The notes under the pieces were generated by a model, which was not told the origin of the DNA, did no database searches, and saw only the letters and a program-made list of their open reading frames with translations. Positions 57,802 to 64,000 of a DNA stretch of 64,000 nt are shown here, in pieces. Positions within the stretch are counted from its first letter, which is position 1. Every line of letters starts with the position of its first letter. Source of the DNA: Thermoanaerobaculia bacterium (GTDB taxonomy: Bacteria > Acidobacteriota > Thermoanaerobaculia > Multivoradales > Multivoraceae); NCBI GenBank assembly GCA_963666565.1, contig OY762911.1, positions 2,432,001 to 2,496,000 of the forward strand. The letters are read 5' to 3'. The translations under genes and the position numbers were made by a program.

Positions 57802-58629
57802 CTACACCGCCGCGGCGAGCCGGCCGGCGTAGATGCTCTGCCGCATCTCTTCCAGCTTGTCGAGGTAGAGCTGCCTGTACTCGTCGTAGTCGAGGTCGAA
57901 CGGCGCCCGGCCGCGCTCGAAGCCGGCGAAGGTCTGGTTCGGGCCGTCTTCCGCGAACGGCCGCATCGCCTCGACCTGCTCCTCGAACAGGTCGACCAGG
58001 TGCGGATGCTCGGCGAGCAGGCGCTGCAGGACGTACACGCCGAAGCCGATGTGGCGGGCCTCGTCGCGCTGGATCAGGCGAATCCCGCGGTTGAGCGCGG
58101 GCAGCTTGCCCGTGCGCTCGAAGATCTTGTAGTAGATCGGGTAGCTGGCTTCCGCGCCCACGCCCTCGACGTAGAAGTGGTACAGCATGATGGCGCGCAG
58201 CAGCGCCTCCGGGCTGTCGTCGTCGAACAGCGCGCGCATCGTCGCGGGCAGCCGCGTCGAGAACATGTCGCCGTGCAGGTTGGGGTAGGGGATGTCGACC
58301 CCGAACCGGCCCGGCAGCGCCTCGATCAGCCAGGTCTCGAAGAACTGGATGTGGCGGGCCTCCTCGTACATCTGCGCGGTGACGTACATCTCGTCTTCCA
58401 GCCGACCGTCCTGGCGGAAGCGGAACTGGAGCGGCGCGAGTTCGTGGGTCACGCCGCGCTCGCCGACCCGGAAACCGGAGACCAGGCGGATCAGCAGGTT
58501 CCGTTCGTCGTCGGTGAACGACAGCCAGTCGGAGCGCTCCCGGGAGAAGTCGATGTCGGCGGGGTTCCACGAACGCTCGTGGGAAGCGGTGAAGAGTCGG
58601 ATCGGGAGCGACGAGTTGTCGAACGGCAT
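57802..58629 (-). CDS. R2-like ligand-binding oxidase (R2lox)
   Basis: WNPADIDFS, GE..VT.ELAP, EEARH, DEARH; no R1 subunit nearby. Confidence 0.85.
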   Translation of the reverse strand: MPFDNSSLPIRLFTASHERSWNPADIDFSRERSDWLSFTDDERNLLIRLVSGFRVGERGVTHELAPLQFRFRQDGRLEDEMYVTAQMYEEARHIQFFETWLIEALPGRFGVDIPYPNLHGDMFSTRLPATMRALFDDDSPEALLRAIMLYHFYVEGVGAEASYPIYYKIFERTGKLPALNRGIRLIQRDEARHIGFGVYVLQRLLAEHPHLVDLFEEQVEAMRPFAEDGPNQTFAGFERGRAPFDLDYDEYRQLYLDKLEEMRQSIYAGRLAAAV

Positions 58630-58868
58630 CGTGGACCTCCTTGAGGGGATTCTAGCGCGGCAGAAGGTCCGGAAGCCGGCGCTTGGCGCCGGCGCACCCG
58701 GTTTCTGCCGCGAAGGCGCCTGGTGGCGGCGGAAGGCCCGGACCGGCAGCAGCATGGCCACGGCCATGAGCAGGGAACCGGTCAGGAGCGGCGCGCCGGG
58801 CCTGGATGCCGCCGAGGCGGTGAAGCGCCGCGAGAGCAGTAGGGCTGGCAGGCGCTAGAGTTGACGCC

Positions 58869-59387
58869 ATGATCCACTTGGTCGAAGCGTCCCGGTCGAG
58901 TCGGCCCGTGCCGGCTCCTCGCGGCGGCAACTGGCATTGCGGGGGCGCCTTGGTGGCTGTGACTGTAACGCTGGCCGGAACGCTCGCGGCCTGCGGACCG
59001 TCGGAAACCCCGGCGCCCGCGGCGCCAGAGCCGGACGTGGAGACGCTGCGCGCGTCCTTCATCGCGCAGATCGAATCGATCGACCTCGTGGCGAATCTCG
59101 AAGCCGACGGCGACGACATTCGCTTCGTTCGCCCCGACGGCTCGGGCGAGGACGTCCAGTGGCGCGTGCGGATCGACTCGCTCGAAGTCCAGGCCGGGTC
59201 AGGCGAGGGGGCGCAGGCGCTCGGCCACGTACTGTCGGCCTGGAGTGCCGACGGCCGGCCGATCACGGTCTGGGAGGGATCCACCGGACCGCAGACGGAC
59301 ATGCCGCTGTGGGTTCTGGACGCGGGTCTGGCGACCGACTGCTGGGCGCTGTGGGACGACGCAGCGAAGGCGTGGAGCTGGACGTGA
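58869..59387 (+). CDS. Hypothetical lipoprotein
   Basis: LAAC lipobox; start uncertain. Confidence 0.6.
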   Translation: MIHLVEASRSSRPVPAPRGGNWHCGGALVAVTVTLAGTLAACGPSETPAPAAPEPDVETLRASFIAQIESIDLVANLEADGDDIRFVRPDGSGEDVQWRVRIDSLEVQAGSGEGAQALGHVLSAWSADGRPITVWEGSTGPQTDMPLWVLDAGLATDCWALWDDAAKAWSWT

Positions 59388-59470
59388 CGCGGACCGTCGC
59401 GCATCGGCGGCTATGATCGAAGGACGCTGGTTGGATTCCTGGTTTCACCCGCTCTTGGGAGGGTAGTCGG

Positions 59471-60547
59471 ATGAGGAAGAACGAACGGTCGAGTGCCGCG
59501 GCGACGACAGGCGCCGTGGTCCTGTTGCTCGGACTCGCCGCCGGCGCGGTTTCGGCGGCCAACAACAACGCCAACGACGCGGACTGGACGATTCCCCGCA
59601 CCGCCTACGGCCATCCCGACCTCCAGGGCGTGTGGGAGAACAACAACGGCACGCCGCTGCAGCGGCCCGCCGCCTGGGCGGGCAAGGAGCGCCTGACGGA
59701 CGAGGAGTTCCAGGAGCTGATGGCCGCGGTCGCCGAGGCGACGGACCCCGGCGCGGACGCCCTGTTCGGCGACCAGCTCGTCCTCGCGGCGATCGAGCGG
59801 ACGAAGGCGACGTCCTACGACCCGACGACCGGCAACTACAACCAGTTCTGGATCGCGGACCGCTACTTCACGAAGCGCACGTCCCTCGTCGTCGATCCCC
59901 CCGACGGCCTCATCCCGCCGTTCACGGAAGACGCCAAGGAACGCCTCTGCAAGCGGGTGAAGCACCTGATGGAGCATCCGGCCGATTCCTGGCTCGACCG
60001 GCCGATCGCCGAGCGCTGCATCAGCTACGGCGCCCCCTTCATCTTCCCGGGCTACAACGGCTATCACCAGTTCTTCCAGAGCCCGGACCACGTCGTCATT
60101 CACCAGGAGATGATCCACGACGCACGGGTCATCCGGTTGGACGACGAGTCCGCGCTCGACGACGACGTCCGGCTGTGGAACGGCGACTCCCGCGGCCACT
60201 GGGACGGCGACACCCTGGTCGTCGAGACGACGAACTACTCGAAGAAGAACGACTTCATGGGCTCCTCGGAGCAGCTTGCGATCACTGAGCGGTTCACCCT
60301 GACGGACCCGGAGACCCTGGAATGGGAGGTCACGGTGCACGACCCGGGGACGTGGACGAAGCCCTGGACGGCCTCGATTCCCCTCAAGCGCACGGAGGAC
60401 GCCATCTACGAGTACGCCTGTCACGAGGGCAACTACGGCATGGAGGGCATGCTCGCCGGCGCCCGCGCCCAGGAAGCGGCGAACAAGCCGAAGCAGATCG
60501 ACCCGGGCGCGGCCTTCCGCTACCCGGGTCTGATCTGCGACTTCTGA
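59471..60547 (+). CDS. Secreted hypothetical protein of a family common in Acidobacteria
   Basis: PRT.YGHPDLQGVW, GDSRGHWDGDTLVVET, YEYACHEGN motifs. Confidence 0.8.
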   Translation: MRKNERSSAAATTGAVVLLLGLAAGAVSAANNNANDADWTIPRTAYGHPDLQGVWENNNGTPLQRPAAWAGKERLTDEEFQELMAAVAEATDPGADALFGDQLVLAAIERTKATSYDPTTGNYNQFWIADRYFTKRTSLVVDPPDGLIPPFTEDAKERLCKRVKHLMEHPADSWLDRPIAERCISYGAPFIFPGYNGYHQFFQSPDHVVIHQEMIHDARVIRLDDESALDDDVRLWNGDSRGHWDGDTLVVETTNYSKKNDFMGSSEQLAITERFTLTDPETLEWEVTVHDPGTWTKPWTASIPLKRTEDAIYEYACHEGNYGMEGMLAGARAQEAANKPKQIDPGAAFRYPGLICDF

Positions 60548-60588
60548 GCGGAGGGGCGCCGCTCTCTTCGGTCGGGTGATGGACCCGG

Positions 60589-60960
60589 CTACACGCACAT
60601 GATCTGGCTCATGCCGAGGAGTTGGTTGCCGTAGGTCTTGAGCCTCGGCTGCTTTGTGCCTTCGCCCAGGACGATGTAGACGATGCCGCTGAGCAGAAGC
60701 GTGGTGCAGCCCAGCTTCGACCAGCGGCCCCCTTCCGCGCTCTCCAGGTCGATCGTCCGGAGACCGTCGAGCTCGGGGCGAGGCAGGCTCGTTGCCTGCT
60801 TCGCGGGATCCCCGTAGAGCGCCGCATCCGCGTGGGGGGCCGCATCCGCGTACGGGGCCGCATCCGCGCGGAGCGCGGCGCCCGCGTCGGGCGCGGCGGC
60901 CAGGGGAGCGCCGGCGGTCGTGAGGAGGAGGGCCAGTGCGATGGCTGTGAGGTTCTTCAT
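60589..60960 (-). CDS. Peptide precursor 1: Sec signal, repetitive pro-region, double-glycine motif, two-Cys core
   Basis: RBS AAAGGAG; LRTIDLESAEGG then RWSKLGC...MCV. Confidence 0.75.
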   Translation of the reverse strand: MKNLTAIALALLLTTAGAPLAAAPDAGAALRADAAPYADAAPHADAALYGDPAKQATSLPRPELDGLRTIDLESAEGGRWSKLGCTTLLLSGIVYIVLGEGTKQPRLKTYGNQLLGMSQIMCV

Positions 60961-61156
60961 GGTCGATGGCTCCTTTGCCTGTGGATGGTTGAGAAGAGGC
61001 TCTTGCCCCTCCTGTAGACAAAGACGCGATCCGGCGGCGAAACACGGTTTCGCCGCCCGGTGTTCGCCGTTCTCGCGGCGCTCGAACAGGAAGGGCCGGC
61101 CGTTCGACCGGGCCGGCGGGTAGACGAACCGCCGTGCGACCGTTCGTCTTCGCGCG

Positions 61157-61849
61157 TCAGCCGCTCAGCATCGTCTCGCGCCGTTCGGCGCGGGCGAAGG
61201 TGAGCGCGACGATGGCGGCGATGGCCAACGCGATGCCGATGCGGTTCTGGAGGCCCATGGCGAGCAGTTGCTCCGCGTCGGCGCCTTCTACCGCCAGAGG
61301 ATTCCAGAGCGGTGAGACCCGTAGCTGTGATGCTCCCGAGGCGGTGATCCAACCGTTCAGAGCCAGGATCCCGCCGGCGGCCAGGGCACCGGTTGCCTGG
61401 CTACGGAACAGAGTGGACATTCCCATTGACGCGGCCAGGTAGAAGATGACGCCTTGAAAGGCGCCGTAGAGAGTCTGGACGACAGGGAACGGCGTGAAGA
61501 AGGCGAAGGTCAGGATCGCCATCAGGCCGAGGGCCAGAAGCAGCATCAAGCAAGCGGCGGCCAGCTTCCCGATCCAGACGCGACGCGTTCCGCCCGGCAC
61601 TGTGTAGGCGACTTCGAGGGTACGTTCATCGAGTTCCCCTGCGACGATGCGGCCGCCCAGAAACACCCCGAGGACCGCGACCGGCAGTCCGATCAGGATG
61701 TTCTGGGCGGCCGCGGGCTCGAAGCTCGGGCGGCCGCCGGCGATCAGGAGGCCGGCCTGCGCCAGGAGCCAAAGTGCCGGCGACAGGGGCAGCAGCCACC
61801 AGCGGCGACCGGCGAGCAGCACGGCGGGTAGGTGGACCGGCGCGATCAA
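61157..61849 (-). CDS. ABC-2-type permease (paralogue 1)
   Basis: GELDERTLE..YTVP..VWIGKL motif; about 6 TM segments. Confidence 0.8.
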   Translation of the reverse strand: MIAPVHLPAVLLAGRRWWLLPLSPALWLLAQAGLLIAGGRPSFEPAAAQNILIGLPVAVLGVFLGGRIVAGELDERTLEVAYTVPGGTRRVWIGKLAAACLMLLLALGLMAILTFAFFTPFPVVQTLYGAFQGVIFYLAASMGMSTLFRSQATGALAAGGILALNGWITASGASQLRVSPLWNPLAVEGADAEQLLAMGLQNRIGIALAIAAIVALTFARAERRETMLSG

Positions 61850-61889
61850 CCTACGGGCTCGCCGTGTTTGTCGCGGATCGTCGTCACCA

Positions 61890-62183
61890 CTAGACGCACT
61901 TCAGATGCTGAAGAACACGGCCGCCGACCTGTAGAACCCGGTTTGCGGAAAGCCAGCCGGCTACGAAGAGGATGCCGCCAGCGATCCGAAGGCCGGCGGT
62001 GCAGGCGTCGTGCCGGAACGCGGCGCCGACGACGTCGGCCAGGTCGGCCTCGGCAAGCTGCCGAACTCCCGGGTCGTGAACGACGGGTGCCCCGTCGAGT
62101 GCGGCCGGGTTCGGCGGTTCGGCGACGGCGGCGCCGGCCAGCAGCAGAATGGCGGAAAGTGCGATGGATGCGAACTTCGTCAT
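61890..62183 (-). CDS. Peptide precursor 2: Sec signal, pro-region, double-glycine-type motif, two-Cys core
   Basis: RBS AAAGGA; VRQLAEADLADVVGA then AFRHDAC...KCV. Confidence 0.75.
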   Translation of the reverse strand: MTKFASIALSAILLLAGAAVAEPPNPAALDGAPVVHDPGVRQLAEADLADVVGAAFRHDACTAGLRIAGGILFVAGWLSANRVLQVGGRVLQHLKCV

Positions 62184-62354
62184 GATGTTGATTCCTTTCT
62201 TTGGAAACGGGTTGTTCGAATGGCGGAGCGGCGTCTTCCGGCCCGGCGCGAGCACAGGGCCCGGCGCCGGGAACGGCTGCAGCTTCCGCTATGGACTAAG
62301 ACGCGATCCGGACGAAAAAGTCGGCGAACTCGTTTCCGGGGCGAAGTGACCGGC

Positions 62355-63047
62355 TCAGCCGCTCAGCATCTTCTCGCGCCGTTCGGCGCGGGCGAAAGTG
62401 AGCGCGACGATGGCGGCTATCGCGAGGGCGATGCCGATCCGGTTCTGTACGGCGAGCGCGAGTAGGCGTTCCGGGTCGATGTCCTCGATCGCCAGCGGGT
62501 TCCAGAAGGGCGAGACGCGCACGGGCTGGGTCCCCAGGCCGGTGATCAGGCCGTTGAAGCCGAGGACGGCCACGCTCGCGAGGGCGCCGGCCACTTCGCT
62601 GCGGAACAGCGTGGCGAACCCCATCGCGGCGGCGAGGTAGAAGGCGATGCCCTGAACGGCGCCGTAGAGGCTCTGGAGCACGGGGAAGGGAGTGAAGAAG
62701 GCGTAGGTGACCGCCGCCATGACGGCCACGCTGGCGCCCAGCAGCAGCCCGGCCGCGGCGAGTTTGCCGAGCCAGACGCGGTGGGCGCCGCCCGGCACCG
62801 TGTAGGCGATCTCCAGGCTGCGCTGGTCGAGTTCGCCGACGATCGTCCGGCCGCCGAGGAAGATGGCGAGCACCGCGACCGGCACGCCGATCAGCGTGTC
62901 CTGGGCCGCCGCGGGTTCGGCGGTTTCGCGGGCGCCGATCAGCAGCAGCAGTGCCTGCAGGCCGAGCCAGAGGAGCGGCAGCAGCGGCAGCAGCCAGAAC
63001 CGCCTGCCGGCCAGCAGCACGAGGGAGAGGCGAAGCACGGCCGTCAT
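62355..63047 (-). CDS. ABC-2-type permease (paralogue 2)
   Basis: Near-colinear with 61157-61849; both end RAERRE.MLSG. Confidence 0.85.
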   Translation of the reverse strand: MTAVLRLSLVLLAGRRFWLLPLLPLLWLGLQALLLLIGARETAEPAAAQDTLIGVPVAVLAIFLGGRTIVGELDQRSLEIAYTVPGGAHRVWLGKLAAAGLLLGASVAVMAAVTYAFFTPFPVLQSLYGAVQGIAFYLAAAMGFATLFRSEVAGALASVAVLGFNGLITGLGTQPVRVSPFWNPLAIEDIDPERLLALAVQNRIGIALAIAAIVALTFARAERREKMLSG

Positions 63048-64000
63048 GCCGGCGCCTCCCCGCGCGCGGCACGGGCGAGCCAGAGATAGCCGTCCTCGAG
63101 CGTCGGTTCGACCGGTTCGGCGGCGTCGTTCGGTGGCCCTGAAGCGAGCACGCGCAAGCGGTTGCCTGCGGCTTCCGGCCGGCTGTCGGCCAGGACGGCG
63201 CCGGGCGGCAGGTCGGGTTGCTCCTCGCCCTCGGTCCGCCACGACCAGACTCGCCCGTCGGCCTCGCGCGACAGGGCGTCGGGCACGCCGTCGAACACCA
63301 GGCGGCCGCTGCTCAGCACGAGGACGCGCTCGCACGCCACCGCCACGTCTTCGACCACGTGGGTCGAGAACAGGACGATCCGGTCCTTGGCGAGCCGCGA
63401 CAGGAGGTTGCGGAAGCGCACCCGTTCGCGCGGGTCGAGGCCGACGGTCGGTTCGTCGACGACGATGATCGGCGGCAACCGGAGCAGCGTCCGCGCCACC
63501 GCGACGCGCTGGCGCATGCCGCCGGAGTAGCCGCCGATCGGTTCGCCGGCCCGCTCGGCGAGGCCGACCTCGGCCAGCAGGGACTCGATCCGCTCTTCCC
63601 GTACCTCCGGCTCTATCTGGTAGAGGGCGGCGTAGTACTCCAGGTACTGGCGGGCGGTCAGGCGGGCCGGCAGGCCGGCGTCCTGGGGCAGGTAGCCGAC
63701 CCAGCGCGCGAGATACTTGCGGATGCCGAGCAGCGGCACCCCTCCGATCGTGATCCGGCCGCGCGTCGAATCGAGGATCCCGGTCAACTGGCGGAGCAGG
63801 GTCGTCTTGCCGGCGCCGTTCGGCCCCAGCACGCCGACCATGCCGCGCTCCACGTCGAAGCTGACCGCCGCCAGCGCCCGCACCGTGTCGATGGGCAGGT
63901 CGAGGCCGAAGATCCGCGTCGCGGCGCCACGCCAGAAGACGAGCAGCGGGTTCCGGGAGCGACGGCGGTCCCGAGACGGGCTCTCCCGCCGCGCCGTCTC
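63044..64000 (-). CDS. ABC ATPase domain (frame open to window end; 5' part missing)
   Basis: GPNGAGKTT, YSGGMRQR, VVDEPT, STH motifs. Confidence 0.9.
   Translation of the reverse strand, partial: ETARRESPSRDRRRSRNPLLVFWRGAATRIFGLDLPIDTVRALAAVSFDVERGMVGVLGPNGAGKTTLLRQLTGILDSTRGRITIGGVPLLGIRKYLARWVGYLPQDAGLPARLTARQYLEYYAALYQIEPEVREERIESLLAEVGLAERAGEPIGGYSGGMRQRVAVARTLLRLPPIIVVDEPTVGLDPRERVRFRNLLSRLAKDRIVLFSTHVVEDVAVACERVLVLSSGRLVFDGVPDALSREADGRVWSWRTEGEEQPDLPPGAVLADSRPEAAGNRLRVLASGPPNDAAEPVEPTLEDGYLWLARAARGEAPA

Noticed and set aside
57802-58629. Ribonucleotide reductase beta subunit (nrdB/nrdF)
   Set aside because: Sequence pattern and lack of an adjacent alpha subunit fit R2lox better

Overview
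High-GC bacterial DNA. The gene content (GWxTD-VWA protein, secreted PDLQGVW...YEYACHEGN protein, PQQ dehydrogenase, DUF6797-like protein) suggests Acidobacteriota, which is an inference. Bases 1-15.5 kb are a defence island: higA plus a higB remnant split by an unclassified 1864-bp mobile element, a 43-repeat type I-E CRISPR array, a full cas3/cas8e/cas11/cas7/cas5/cas6e/cas1/cas2 set, a DEDDh exonuclease and vapBC. The main finding is in the 600-bp gap between cas3 and cas8e. It holds a degenerate repeat-spacer-repeat unit whose spacer matches the predicted Cascade-operon promoter ~400 bp upstream (20 of 22 nt, mismatched only at Cascade flip-out positions 6 and 18, PAM AGC). The same leader encodes a tRNA-like cloverleaf with an aberrant anticodon arm and an extended acceptor stem ending in ACCA. 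Together these suggest a CRISPR-controlled RNA module with a tRNA mimic. The rest of the window is metabolic, envelope and secreted-protein genes with many REP-like palindromes. It includes an IS1111-type element inserted into a REP, whose non-coding end carries guides matching that REP; an NCS2 permease/anti-sigma-like fusion with GPP34 and STAS genes; and a duplicated [ABC permease + Sec/double-glycine two-Cys peptide precursor] cassette at the right end. Product calls come from motif recognition by eye; no searches were run.
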